Part shown: in pieces, positions 24,218-34,072 of the stretch
Position numbering within the stretch: position 1 is the stretch's first letter
Layout: every line of letters begins with the position of its first letter
Origin: an uncultured Anderseniella sp.
Lineage (GTDB): Bacteria > Pseudomonadota > Alphaproteobacteria > Rhizobiales > Aestuariivirgaceae
Assembly (NCBI GenBank): GCA_964648175.1
Contig: CAZYKZ010000001.1
Location: forward strand, 7,192 to 60,313
Direction of reading: 5' to 3'
Length of the DNA stretch: 53,122 bases
Made by a program: the position numbers and the translations under genes
The notes under the pieces: generated by a model
What the model was told of the DNA's origin: nothing
The model's input: only the letters and a program-made list of their open reading frames with translations
The model's database searches: none

Positions 24218-24372
24218 GCTGTTGATCCCATCCAGTCACGCCAGTTGGGGTGACTTTTAGCAGGCACGGGCGCGCGCGCAAGGGCCGACGGCCTGCTTGA
24301 TTAACCCTGACGGGTCTTTTAATCGCAAGACGCAGACCCCAAGTTCACGCTGCAACTGGTTTCGGAGGGCGC

Positions 24373-24927
24373 ATGAGCGACGACGGCAATCATACCTGGC
24401 ATGGCACAACCATTGTGACGGTGCGCAAGAACAATACAGTCGTGGTCGCCGGAGATGGCCAGGTCAGCCTGTCCAACACGATCATCAAGGGCAATGCGCG
24501 CAAGGTTCGCCCGCTTGGCAAGGGCGATGTGATTGCCGGCTTTGCCGGCGCCACGGCGGATGCCATGACCTTGTTCGAACGGCTTGAGGCAAAACTCGAG
24601 CAATACCCTGCCCAGCTGACACGGGCTTGCGTCGAGCTTGCCAAGGACTGGCGCACCGACCGGTATCTTCGCCGGCTGGAGGCCATGATGATCGTGGCTG
24701 ACCGGTCCACCAGCCTCGTGCTGACCGGCAATGGCGATGTTCTCGAACCTGAAAACGGCATCATCGCCATCGGATCAGGCGGCAACTATGCGCTGGCTGC
24801 AGCCCGGGCGCTGGCCGACTCGGACCTCGATGCAGAAGCAATCGCCCGCAAGGCGATGAAGATTGCCGCCGAGATCTGCGTCTATACCAACGACAACATC
24901 ACGCTGGAGAAGCTGGGCGCCGAGTGA
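24373..24927 (+). CDS. hslV: ATP-dependent protease subunit HslV
   Basis: HGTTI (catalytic Thr), [32 protein letters not shown]. Confidence 0.97.
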   Translation: MSDDGNHTWHGTTIVTVRKNNTVVVAGDGQVSLSNTIIKGNARKVRPLGKGDVIAGFAGATADAMTLFERLEAKLEQYPAQLTRACVELAKDWRTDRYLRRLEAMMIVADRSTSLVLTGNGDVLEPENGIIAIGSGGNYALAAARALADSDLDAEAIARKAMKIAAEICVYTNDNITLEKLGAE

Positions 24928-24968
24928 GTGCGTCCGGATCCCGCAAACCCATTCCAAGAGAAGAACCC

Positions 24969-26276
24969 ATGACCGATTTTTCCCCGCGCGAGATCGTATC
25001 GGAACTGGACCGGCATATCGTCGGCCAGCGCGACGCCAAGCGCATGGTGGCGATTGCACTGCGCAACCGCTGGCGGCGCAAGCAGCTCGACCCCGCCTTG
25101 CGTGACGAAGTGATGCCGAAAAACATCCTGATGATCGGTCCTACCGGCGTCGGCAAGACGGAGATCGCCCGGCGGCTGGCGAAGCTCGCCAACGCCCCCT
25201 TCATCAAGGTCGAGGCGACGAAGTTCACGGAAGTGGGTTACGTCGGCAGGGACGTCGAGCAGATCATCCGCGATCTGGTCGAGATCGGTATCGGGCTTGC
25301 GCGCGAAGCAAGGCGTGATCAGGTCAGCGCGCAGGCACAGGCGAACGCAGAGAACCGCGTGCTGGACGCACTTGTTGGCCCGGGAGCTTCAAAGTCAACG
25401 CGCGATTCATTTCGCGCCAAGCTTCGCAGCGGCGAACTCGACGACAAGGAAATCGAGATCGAGGTGTTGGACACAGGCGGCGGCATGCCGACCATGGATA
25501 TCCCCGGCATGCCAGGCTCTTCGGTTGGCATGATCAATCTTTCCGACATGCTGGGAAAGGCGTTCGGGCAGCGGACAAAAACCCGGCGGATGACCGTGAG
25601 CGAAAGCCATGCGATTCTGGTTCCGGAAGAATCCGACAAGCTGATCGACCAGGAACAGATCGTACAGGAAGCAATCAGCGCCGTGGAGAACAACGGCATC
25701 GTCTTCCTCGACGAGATCGACAAGGTCACTGCCCGGTCGGAGCGGCAGGGTGCTGATGTCAGCCGCGAAGGGGTTCAGCGCGACCTGCTTCCGCTTATCG
25801 AGGGTACCACCGTTTCAACGAAGTATGGTGCGGTAAAGACTGACCACATCCTGTTCATTGCATCGGGCGCCTTCCACGTAGCCAAGCCGTCGGACCTGCT
25901 GCCTGAATTGCAGGGCCGCTTGCCCATCCGCGTCGAGTTGAAGGCCCTGTCGCGGGATGACTTCAAACGAATCCTTGTAGAACCGCAGGCCAGCCTCGTG
26001 AAACAGTATGTCGCGCTGCTCGCGACCGAAAACCTAACTCTCGAAGTGACCGATGATGGCGTCGACGCCCTTGCAGACATTGCAGCCGAGGTAAATGCCT
26101 CGGTAGAAAACATCGGCGCGAGGCGGCTTCACACAATCATGGAGCGGGTGCTGGAAGACGTAAGCTTCAACGCCACCGACCGGGCCGGGCAAACGGTAGT
26201 GCTGGACCGCAAGTTCGTCGACGACAATATCGGGGACCTTGCACGCAACACCGATCTGTCGAAATTCATTCTTTAG
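24969..26276 (+). CDS. hslU: ATP-dependent protease ATPase subunit HslU
   Basis: [34 protein letters not shown]-terminal DLSKFIL; start ATG 24969. Confidence 0.98.
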   Translation: MTDFSPREIVSELDRHIVGQRDAKRMVAIALRNRWRRKQLDPALRDEVMPKNILMIGPTGVGKTEIARRLAKLANAPFIKVEATKFTEVGYVGRDVEQIIRDLVEIGIGLAREARRDQVSAQAQANAENRVLDALVGPGASKSTRDSFRAKLRSGELDDKEIEIEVLDTGGGMPTMDIPGMPGSSVGMINLSDMLGKAFGQRTKTRRMTVSESHAILVPEESDKLIDQEQIVQEAISAVENNGIVFLDEIDKVTARSERQGADVSREGVQRDLLPLIEGTTVSTKYGAVKTDHILFIASGAFHVAKPSDLLPELQGRLPIRVELKALSRDDFKRILVEPQASLVKQYVALLATENLTLEVTDDGVDALADIAAEVNASVENIGARRLHTIMERVLEDVSFNATDRAGQTVVLDRKFVDDNIGDLARNTDLSKFIL

Positions 26277-26637
26277 CACTGTTGCCGGATGCAATGAGCA
26301 GGGCAATATGCCGGTCGATTTCAGTGTCGTCGAGATCTGCAATCTGCTCGGCCAGCCGGTTAGCCAGTTCGGTCGCTTTTGGCGAGAGCCCGGATGTGTC
26401 CACGACGACGCGTGGATGCGATATCCGGGCAAGCCGGGCGATATCCTCGGCTTCGTCCCAGATGACGTTGAAATAGGCAATGATGCGCTGCACCAGGTAC
26501 CAGCTCGGCAGGCCACGGTGACCATGCTCGAGTGCAGACAGATAGGCTGGCGTGACGCCAATCGCCCGCGCCATGTCCTTCATGCTGACGCCACGCTGCC
26601 TGCGCAGCTCCCTGATTTTCACACCGAATGGCGTCAT
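26266..26637 (-). CDS. XRE family helix-turn-helix protein
   Basis: [35 protein letters not shown]; ATGA overlap with the smr stop. Confidence 0.87.
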   Translation of the reverse strand: MTPFGVKIRELRRQRGVSMKDMARAIGVTPAYLSALEHGHRGLPSWYLVQRIIAYFNVIWDEAEDIARLARISHPRVVVDTSGLSPKATELANRLAEQIADLDDTEIDRHIALLIASGNSAKE

Positions 26638-27257
26638 CTTTGCGCATCCTTGCGCCGCAGCCGGACATAGAATGCCCCTCCTCCACCATGGCGCGGATGT
26701 GCGGGCTGGAAGCCCACCACATGGCGGGCGAACTCGCGCTCGTGCAGCCAATGGGAAAGCTCGGCTCGCAGTACGCCTTGCCGCTCGGGCGCATGGTAGA
26801 CGTCCACCGAATGGAGGGTATGTCTGGTAAACGGCGAAGCGCCCTTGCCGGTGATGACCAGAATGTTGCGCCGGCCCAGATCGCGGGACGCTTCAATGAA
26901 ACCGAGCAACGCAGAACGCGCCCGGGCGACGCTCATCCCGTGAAGGTCCAGGCGAGCGTCAATCTCCACGTTTCCGCGGGCAAGCTTCTGAGTATCGCGG
27001 CGGTTAAGGCCTGCGATCCGGGGTTGAACTGGCACTGCAGGCGTCAACACCGGTGCTGAGGCTGCAGTCGTGCGGCGAACTTGCAAGGTGGTACGCGCGG
27101 CCGCAACCGGGGCCTGGTCGATGTGGTCTTCAAGCCTCGGGAACTTCTTTGGCTTGAGTGGAACGACCGTTTCAACAACCTTGTGCCATATAGCCAGCTC
27201 ATCGCCACCCAGGGTGCGCGGCTTGCGAGGCGGCTGCTGGAGCGCACGCTTCTTCAT
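26634..27257 (-). CDS. Smr/MutS2-domain protein (stand-alone)
   Basis: IDARLDLHGMS, LVITGKG, HGGGGAFYVRLR. Confidence 0.92.
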   Translation of the reverse strand: MKKRALQQPPRKPRTLGGDELAIWHKVVETVVPLKPKKFPRLEDHIDQAPVAAARTTLQVRRTTAASAPVLTPAVPVQPRIAGLNRRDTQKLARGNVEIDARLDLHGMSVARARSALLGFIEASRDLGRRNILVITGKGASPFTRHTLHSVDVYHAPERQGVLRAELSHWLHEREFARHVVGFQPAHPRHGGGGAFYVRLRRKDAQR

Positions 27258-28459
27258 TGATCCTGCCGTTTCAGCAATTTCTTCGCCAGCGCAACCGGTA
27301 CAACGGCCACAATCTCACCGGGCTGATCCAGCTTGCCAGCGCCAATTGCTGCCTCGTCTCCGGTGCCGAAGAAGATGTCACCTCGCTGCGGACCGCGAAT
27401 TGCCGATCCCGTATCCTGAACGATCATGAGCCGGTTGAATGGCTCGAGCGCCCGGCCGTTATGGATTTGTGTGGACACCCAGACCGGCACGCCCAAGGCC
27501 CAGTAGCTGCGGTCAGCCGCCAGCGAGCGCATCGGCGTAAGCGGCAGCTTCTGGGCGCCGACCGGTCCAAGCGAGGGATCCACATCGTCGAGCCTGCGAA
27601 AGAACACGTAGGAGCGGTTTCGCCACATGAGCTCGCGTGCCTGGTGAGGATTGGCATCCAGCCAGGCCCTGAGCGCCTGCATCGACATGCCTTCGCGCGT
27701 CATTTCTCCGCGCTCGATCAGCACCTTGCCAATCGATGTATACGGCAATCCGGACTTGGCCGCATAGGCCAGACGCATCACGGAGCCGTCGTTCATGCGA
27801 ATCCGGCCCGAGCCCTGGACCTGCATGAAGAACAGGTCAGCCCATGACCTGACCCAGGCAAGCTCCAGTCCCCGGCCATCAAGAATTCCCTCCTCGATTT
27901 CCTGCCGGGTGAAATAGGCCTGACCCGTTCCATTGACGATCCGGCCATAGCTCAGTCCAAGACGGCTCACGTCCGCAGCATTCAATTTCACAAGATCATC
28001 CGGGCGCGCCAGTACCGGCACCGGATATTTCGCCGAGCGGCGACGGCTACCTTCGATCTCTGGTTCGAAGTATCCGGTGAAATGGCCGGGGCCAGAATCC
28101 AGGCGAAGGGCTGCGAAGTTCTGCTCGAAGAAATGACGGGCTGTCGCCGGACCGGCTGGAACAGAACTCGCCCGCCGGCAAACCTCCAGCCAGTCTTCTC
28201 TGGCGCCTGAAAGACGTGCGTCACGTGCAAAGCCGGCACCTGTTGAAGCAAGTTCGCCGCAAGCAGATACAAAGACCCCAAGCGCTGCCTGGTGGTCGTC
28301 GTCCTTCCAGCCGTGCAGATCATCGAACGCCGTCACGTGCAGTTTCATGCCTGCGTGTGCTCCATCAGGCAGCGAGGCCTGCCCGAACAGAAGAAGGCCC
28401 ATCCATGCAGTTGCAACCGCCAACTTACGGATCACAGGCACGGCCAGCAAGGCGCTCAA
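27254..28459 (-). CDS. mltA: Lytic murein transglycosylase A (MltA + 3D domain)
   Basis: FTGYFEP, FFMQVQGSG, YTSIGK, SYVFF, QDTGSAI.G..RGDIFFG. Confidence 0.93.
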   Translation of the reverse strand: MSALLAVPVIRKLAVATAWMGLLLFGQASLPDGAHAGMKLHVTAFDDLHGWKDDDHQAALGVFVSACGELASTGAGFARDARLSGAREDWLEVCRRASSVPAGPATARHFFEQNFAALRLDSGPGHFTGYFEPEIEGSRRRSAKYPVPVLARPDDLVKLNAADVSRLGLSYGRIVNGTGQAYFTRQEIEEGILDGRGLELAWVRSWADLFFMQVQGSGRIRMNDGSVMRLAYAAKSGLPYTSIGKVLIERGEMTREGMSMQALRAWLDANPHQARELMWRNRSYVFFRRLDDVDPSLGPVGAQKLPLTPMRSLAADRSYWALGVPVWVSTQIHNGRALEPFNRLMIVQDTGSAIRGPQRGDIFFGTGDEAAIGAGKLDQPGEIVAVVPVALAKKLLKRQDQ

Positions 28460-29193
28460 TCAGCCTCGGTAGCGACAAGCTTCCAGTTCGGATCACGGGA
28501 TTTGAGTGATCGCTCGAAGGTCCAGACGTCGGTAATTTCCTGGATTTCGGTCGGGTTGCCATCCACGACGCTGCCTTCCCCATCCAGGGTAGCCGTGATC
28601 AAATCGCTGACAAACTTGACGCTCAACTGCGCGTTGCGGCCACCCACGACTTCTGCGCGGACGATTTCGGCCTTGTTGATCCCGACGAACCGCGATTCGA
28701 GAATGTGGCCGTCTTTCTTGCGCTGGTCGATAGCCGCGACAAAGCCATCGTACACCTCACGCGAGAGAAGCGGTTTCAGCTCCTGCTTGTTGCCCTCTGC
28801 AAAGGCCGTAACGATCATCTCATAAGCGATCTTGGCACCTTGCAGAAACTCGCGTGGATTGAACGAAGGGTCTGCGCCGTGGACTGCCTCGATGCCCTTC
28901 GCCGTGTCCGAATCCTTCGCCGCAAATCCTTCCCAAACAGGCTTGCGTGCCTCTTCATCATCCTCATCAACCGAAACGGGCTTCTCAACAGGCTTGTTCC
29001 TGCCCGGCAGCGGCACCACATTGTCGTTCGACTTCGAAGCTTCGGCAGGATCACCCGGCTTGTTGTTGCCCGCGAAAGGATCGAACTGCTTTTCATTGCC
29101 GGTCCGTGTTCCCAGAACGCTGCGCAGCCGGAAAAAGATGATGACGGCAACGGCGAGGATGATGATGTTGAACGGATCGAAAACCTGATTCAT
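28456..29193 (-). CDS. Tim44/TimA family membrane-anchored protein
   Basis: N-terminal TM then RLRSVLG.RTG.E, FLQGAKIAYEMIV.AFA.G, DVWTFER...SRDPNWKLVAT; start ATG 29193. Confidence 0.9.
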   Translation of the reverse strand: MNQVFDPFNIIILAVAVIIFFRLRSVLGTRTGNEKQFDPFAGNNKPGDPAEASKSNDNVVPLPGRNKPVEKPVSVDEDDEEARKPVWEGFAAKDSDTAKGIEAVHGADPSFNPREFLQGAKIAYEMIVTAFAEGNKQELKPLLSREVYDGFVAAIDQRKKDGHILESRFVGINKAEIVRAEVVGGRNAQLSVKFVSDLITATLDGEGSVVDGNPTEIQEITDVWTFERSLKSRDPNWKLVATEAD

Positions 29194-29266
29194 CGACTGG
29201 AACAATCCTTGTCTCAAAGTGGAGCCGGATCGAGCCGGCTGGGCAACTGGATAAGGCTTTTGCTTT

Positions 29267-29296
29267 ATATAGGCATTGATGGTCCGGGTGGGCAAT
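29267..29296 (-). promoter_or_regulatory. Putative promoter of the timA-mltA-smr-XRE operon (RpoH/RpoD-like)
   Basis: Minus strand ATTGCC-N17-CCTATAT, 73 nt upstream of the timA ATG. Confidence 0.45.
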
Positions 29297-29344
29297 GGCA
29301 CGAAGTCGTTCAACCTGCACCGGAAAGAAATATTTGAGACAGCC

Positions 29345-29839
29345 ATGCGCTACATTCTGTTTACGGCTTTCATTGTCGTTCCCGTTCTCGAGATAACGCT
29401 GTTCCTGAAAGTTGGTTCGCTTATCGGGATTCCTGCGACCATCGGGCTCATTCTGCTGACAGCCATTGTTGGAACCATGCTCGTACGCAGCCAGGGACTT
29501 GAGGTGCTGACGAAAATCCGCAGGTCTGCAGAACGCGGCGAGGCACCTGTCGAGGCGCTCGTGCAGGGCGCATGTGTGCTGGCGGCCGGCCTGCTGCTTC
29601 TGACGCCCGGATTTGCCACGGACACCATCGGGTTTGCCTTGCTGATCCCACCCGTGCGGTCTTTCATGGTGGGAAAGGTCTGGAAAATGATCGAGCCACA
29701 TGTGGTCACAACCACCGTGCACGAAACGCGCTGGCGCCAGGAAAGGCCGTCTTCGCATGGACCAGGGCAAGTAATTGAGGGCGAGGCGGTGGAAGTTGAC
29801 GAGGAATCAAGCGTTCGAGGACGCAACAGGGACCATTGA
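29345..29839 (+). CDS. fxsA: FxsA family membrane protein
   Basis: VPVLEI...KVG..IG, GLLLLTPGFATD..G..LLIPP, C-terminal VIEGE; start ATG 29345. Confidence 0.92.
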   Translation: MRYILFTAFIVVPVLEITLFLKVGSLIGIPATIGLILLTAIVGTMLVRSQGLEVLTKIRRSAERGEAPVEALVQGACVLAAGLLLLTPGFATDTIGFALLIPPVRSFMVGKVWKMIEPHVVTTTVHETRWRQERPSSHGPGQVIEGEAVEVDEESSVRGRNRDH

Positions 29840-29946
29840 CGCGACAAGCTTACCTGACAAAAGGCAAGCTTGAACCTTTTCCGGCAGCGTGCTAGCCAGC
29901 CGTTCATTGCACTCATCATTTGGCTTACGACAAGGACCTCAGAACT

Positions 29947-30468
29947 ATGGCTAAGGCGGCAAAGAAGGCAGCTTCCGAAACGGCAAATGCAGCGGACGAA
30001 GCCGGGAGCGGCGCCGGCAATGGGCAGGGCGGAGCGCCATCGATGAAGATCCTCGGACAGTATATCAAGGACCTGTCGTTCGAAAATCCGAATGCGCCGC
30101 AGTCGCTTGCGGGCCAGGACGGTCAGCCTGAGATCAACATCTCGGTAAACGTCAACGCCAAGCCGATGTCCGAGACGGATTTCGAGGTCGAGCTGCACCT
30201 CAACGCCAAGGCGGAAGGCAAGTCCTCAGTGGTATTCGCGGCGGAACTGCTTTACGCGGGCATCTTCCGGCTTGAGAATATTCCACAGGAAGCCTTGCAT
30301 CCCATCGTTCTGGTGGAGTGCCCGAGAATGCTGTTTCCCTTTGCACGGCAGATTATCGCCGATGTCTCGCGAAATGGCGGCTTCCCGCCCCTCATGCTCG
30401 ATCCGATAGATTTCGCAGCAATGTATCAGCAGCGTGCTGCCGCGGCTTCCAACCAGGCGAAAAACTGA
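29947..30468 (+). CDS. secB: Protein-export chaperone SecB
   Basis: [41 protein letters not shown]. Confidence 0.97.
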   Translation: MAKAAKKAASETANAADEAGSGAGNGQGGAPSMKILGQYIKDLSFENPNAPQSLAGQDGQPEINISVNVNAKPMSETDFEVELHLNAKAEGKSSVVFAAELLYAGIFRLENIPQEALHPIVLVECPRMLFPFARQIIADVSRNGGFPPLMLDPIDFAAMYQQRAAAASNQAKN

Positions 30469-30475
30469 GAAAAAC

Positions 30476-31177
30476 TCAGTTCTTGCCCTGACTGTTCCAT
30501 AGTGCATTGCCGCCTAGGCGGGCAATCATGTCATTGTGAGCCGAAATTTCCCGCTCTGTCAGCCGCGGCGGGAGCGGCTCCATGCGCGCCCGGGCCCTGA
30601 CCGTTGTCCTGACTTCCTGGACGATACGCGTTTCGCGGACTTCAGTCAGGCTGAAGGCTGTCTGGCGGCCACCAATCAATTCAATGTAGACATCGGCAAG
30701 AAGTTCGGAGTCGAGCAACGCGCCGTGTTTGTCACGCTTCGAATTGTCGATGCCATACCTGCGGCAGAGCGCATCGAGACTGTTCGGGCCCATCGGATGG
30801 CGCTTGCGGGCCAGAGCAAGGCTGTCGATAACCCGCTCCATTGGCAATATTGGACGCTTGATCCATGAAAGCTCAGCATTGATGAACTTCATGTCGAACT
30901 GGGCATTGTGGATCACCAGTATGCCGTCTCCGATGAAGTCGAGAAATTGCTCCGCAATGTTTGAGAAAACAGGATAGGCGCGCAAGAATTCCTCGGACAA
31001 TCCGTGAACGTTAAAGGCCTCTTGAGGCATGTCCCGTTCGGGATTGACGTATTGATGATAGAAATTTCCCGTCGGTATGTGATTGACAAGTTCAACCGCG
31101 CCAATCTCGACGATCCTGTCGCCGTTCGCCGGGTCGAGCCCGGTGGTCTCGGTATCAAGAACAATTTCGCGAATCAT
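30476..31177 (-). CDS. dnaQ: DNA polymerase III epsilon subunit
   Basis: LDTETTGL, HNAQFD, SLDALCRRYGIDNS.R..HGALLD. Confidence 0.97.
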   Translation of the reverse strand: MIREIVLDTETTGLDPANGDRIVEIGAVELVNHIPTGNFYHQYVNPERDMPQEAFNVHGLSEEFLRAYPVFSNIAEQFLDFIGDGILVIHNAQFDMKFINAELSWIKRPILPMERVIDSLALARKRHPMGPNSLDALCRRYGIDNSKRDKHGALLDSELLADVYIELIGGRQTAFSLTEVRETRIVQEVRTTVRARARMEPLPPRLTEREISAHNDMIARLGGNALWNSQGKN

Positions 31178-31803
31178 GATTGGCGGTTTTCCTGCATTGC
31201 CCGCTGCCGAAGTTGCTCCACAACTCTTTTCACGGCAAGCCGCGTGTCGTCCAGAGTAGTGCCTGTGGAAATCACAAAGTCTGCCCGGCGTCGCTTTTCT
31301 TCATCAGGCACCTGACGGGCAAGAATGCTTTCGAATTTTTCCGCGGTCATGCCAGGCCGGCTGAGAGCGCGCTCCCGCTGCTGTTCGGGAGACGCCGAGA
31401 CCACAATTATGGCATCGAATTCTTGTGCCCTGTTTCCTTCGAACAGCAACGGTATGTCGAATACGACTACCGGATCGCCACGCTGCCCGGCCTGCTCCAG
31501 AAACCTTCGCTGTTCGTCGTGGACCAGCGGGTGGACGATTGCCTCGAGCGCCTTGATGGCGTCGCTGTCTCCGAGGACCAGTTGCGCCAGTCTTGTCCTG
31601 TCGACTGCCTCATCAACAATGGCGTCGGGAAACCGCCTTCCTACTGGGGCCACGGCGAGGCCGTTCCTTGCATACATTTCATGGACGGCTGCATCGGCAT
31701 CGAAAACCGCGATACCCTCGTCGCGCATCATCTGGGCCACCGTAGACTTGCCCATTGCGATCGAGCCCGTCAGTGCGATCCGTAGTGGAAGCCTGTCAGG
31801 CAT
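31174..31803 (-). CDS. coaE: Dephospho-CoA kinase
   Basis: LTGSIAMGKST, DADAAVH, LEAIVHP, DIPLLFE. Confidence 0.96.
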   Translation of the reverse strand: MPDRLPLRIALTGSIAMGKSTVAQMMRDEGIAVFDADAAVHEMYARNGLAVAPVGRRFPDAIVDEAVDRTRLAQLVLGDSDAIKALEAIVHPLVHDEQRRFLEQAGQRGDPVVVFDIPLLFEGNRAQEFDAIIVVSASPEQQRERALSRPGMTAEKFESILARQVPDEEKRRRADFVISTGTTLDDTRLAVKRVVEQLRQRAMQENRQS

Positions 31804-32629
31804 GTGGCGGAATATCCTTTGCGATCAGAGCGCGCAGTTCATCTGTGACTTCTGGCCGTACTCCAAACCAGAGTTCGAACCCTCTGACTGCCTGGTGCAA
31901 CAGCATGCCGAGTCCATCGAGGACAGGCCGGCCAACTGCTTCTGCATGCGCAAGAAACGGCGTTTTCAGCGGTACATATACGATGTCTCCAAATATGCAG
32001 TCTGGCTTGGTCTGTTCCATCGGAAACGGGAACTCTCCCTCACCGCCAGTACCCAAAGACGTGGTGTTGATGACGATATCAGCGGTTGCGGCAACCGAAG
32101 CAAGATTGTCGACGCGCACAGCCTGCGCAACGCCGGGCGCCAGCGAGGCCACGTCACTGGCGCGGCGCTCCGTCCGGTTTACGATGCTGATGGTTGAAGC
32201 ACCACCTGCCGCAAATGCGCCCAGTATGCTCCGGGCAGCGCCACCGGCTCCAAGCAGGACAACGCTGCTGCCGCTCACTTTGAACCTGGGGTAGTTCGCC
32301 AACAGGTGAGCCATGAATCCTTCACCGTCTGTCGAGGTGCCAAGGACCTGTCCTGCACGCTTGTAGATCGTGTTCACACTGCCGGTTTGCCGTGCAGCTT
32401 CATCGATCGAATCAAGAAGCGGAATTACCGCTTCCTTGTATGGAACAGTGATGTTGCAACCTTGCAGGATGCCGGAGCGGATATCGCCGATCAAGGTCGG
32501 GAGTTCGGCTTCGGTTATGTCCCGGATCGTATAGTCGGCATCCAGTCCATAGAGCTGGATCCAGTAGTTGTGAATCTTGGGCGATCTGGAATGGGAAATT
32601 TTGGAGCCGGCGACGCATGCGTGGTTCAT
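31796..32629 (-). CDS. aroE: Shikimate dehydrogenase
   Basis: SHSRSPKIH, NITVPYK, VNT, TDG.GF, GAGGAAR, DGLGMLLHQA; start ATG 32629. Confidence 0.95.
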   Translation of the reverse strand: MNHACVAGSKISHSRSPKIHNYWIQLYGLDADYTIRDITEAELPTLIGDIRSGILQGCNITVPYKEAVIPLLDSIDEAARQTGSVNTIYKRAGQVLGTSTDGEGFMAHLLANYPRFKVSGSSVVLLGAGGAARSILGAFAAGGASTISIVNRTERRASDVASLAPGVAQAVRVDNLASVAATADIVINTTSLGTGGEGEFPFPMEQTKPDCIFGDIVYVPLKTPFLAHAEAVGRPVLDGLGMLLHQAVRGFELWFGVRPEVTDELRALIAKDIPPHA

Positions 32630-33243
32630 TGCCCTTGCTTTCTCTTGGCATGTGATAGTTCCCGCAAGAAGCCGAGAAGCGGTATCAAGGGCATTCCCAT
32701 GATGGTGAAGTGATCGCCGGTTATCTCGCGAAACAAGCGGACTCCCTTTCCTTCGATCTGGTAGCAACCAACGGATCCCAGAATGATCTGGCCAACATCC
32801 TGAAGATACAGAGATATTTCTCGATCATCGAGTGGCCACATATCCAGTTCTGCAGTCTCGACACATTGAAATTCGATGCGGCCATTCCTGCAACAGACCG
32901 CGGCAGAATGGAGGAAGTGCTTCCTGCCTTGCAGGCTACGTATCTGATTGGCCGCTTCATCAAGGTTGCGAACCTTGCTCAACAGTTGGCCATCCAGTTC
33001 CAGGATCTGATCTGAACCGATCACGAGTTTGTCGGGATGGCGAGCCGATACAGTCTTGGCCTTGGCAGTTGCTAGGATCTCGGCGATTTGTGGCGCCGGC
33101 GTCCGGATTTCGACTGCCTCTCGCTTTAGAGCTGTTTCATCGAGATCGGCTGGATCGACCTCGAAGGATATGCCGGCATTGGTGAGCATTTGCTGCCTGG
33201 CACTGCTGCCTGATGCCAGAATGATTGGTAGATGGTCAGGCAC
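32626..33243 (-). CDS. maf: Maf family nucleotide pyrophosphatase (YceF-like residues)
   Basis: ILASGSSAR, IGSDQ, VGCYQIEG, FTIMGMPL. Confidence 0.92.
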   Translation of the reverse strand: MPDHLPIILASGSSARQQMLTNAGISFEVDPADLDETALKREAVEIRTPAPQIAEILATAKAKTVSARHPDKLVIGSDQILELDGQLLSKVRNLDEAANQIRSLQGRKHFLHSAAVCCRNGRIEFQCVETAELDMWPLDDREISLYLQDVGQIILGSVGCYQIEGKGVRLFREITGDHFTIMGMPLIPLLGFLRELSHAKRKQGQ

Positions 33244-34072
33244 TTCTGGAGGCCATCTTCTGGTGGAGGAGGTTCAACACAGCTGCAGCGGTCTCTTCGA
33301 TCGATCGTCTTGTCACGTCTATGACGGGCCAACTGTTAGCCGAACAAAGTTTTCGCATATCAAGGATTTCCTGCGTGATCGCCTTGCGGTCTGTATACGT
33401 CGTGTCGCGGCCTTCATTGAGCGTCAGCAGACGATGACGCCGTATCTGGGCAATCCGTTCGGCGCTCGCCACGAGTCCGACGACGAGGGGTTTCCTGACA
33501 TTGAGCAGGGCTGGAGGAGGCTTGACTCCAGGGACAAGTGGAACATTCGCCGTTTTGATGCCCCTGTTCGCGAGGTAGATGCTCGTCGGTGTTTTCGACG
33601 ACCGGCTGATGCCAAGCAGGATTACGTCAGCATCGTCCAGATCTGCAATCATTTGTCCATCGTCGTGCGCCATTGTGTAGTTGAGTGCGTCGATGCGCTT
33701 GAAGTACTCGGCGTTCAGGACATGTTGCCCACCGATTTGTGGTTTGGATTTGGCGTTCAGGTAAGTCGCCAGACTCGCGATGACCGGATCCAGGATAGAG
33801 ATGCAAGGAGTGCCCATTGCCTCGCAGCGACGTTCGATTTCCTCCTTGAGGTTATGGTCGGCGATCGTGAACAGGACGATTCCGGGCTGCTTCTCGACTT
33901 CCGAAATGACGCGATCAAGCTGTTTGCTGGTTCTGACCAGGGTGTAGATATGCTCAATGGGTTGGTAGCCCGCATAGTAGGCGGTTGCAGCCCTGGCTAC
34001 AGTGTTGAGGGTTTCGCCGGTGGCATCTGATACCAGATGCATATGGAAATACTGCTTGGCCGTTGTGCGCAT
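33236..34072 (-). CDS. Pyruvate,water/phosphate dikinase regulatory kinase-pyrophosphorylase (DUF299)
   Basis: HLVSDATGET, YFKRIDALNYTMAHDDG, GISRSSKTPTSIYLANRG, DVTRRSIEETA. Confidence 0.94.
   Translation of the reverse strand: MRTTAKQYFHMHLVSDATGETLNTVARAATAYYAGYQPIEHIYTLVRTSKQLDRVISEVEKQPGIVLFTIADHNLKEEIERRCEAMGTPCISILDPVIASLATYLNAKSKPQIGGQHVLNAEYFKRIDALNYTMAHDDGQMIADLDDADVILLGISRSSKTPTSIYLANRGIKTANVPLVPGVKPPPALLNVRKPLVVGLVASAERIAQIRRHRLLTLNEGRDTTYTDRKAITQEILDMRKLCSANSWPVIDVTRRSIEETAAAVLNLLHQKMASRSA

Noticed and set aside
26274-26300. TTAGCACTG, resembling a CIRCE left arm
   Set aside because: No GAGTGCTAA right arm at N9, and it lies at gene ends; no CIRCE was seen upstream of hrcA, grpE or dnaK, which is normal for alphaproteobacteria
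30463-30481. AACTGAG-AAAAA-CTCAGTT hairpin at the secB/dnaQ convergence
   Set aside because: Weak 7-bp stem built largely from the two stop-codon contexts; not enough to call a terminator
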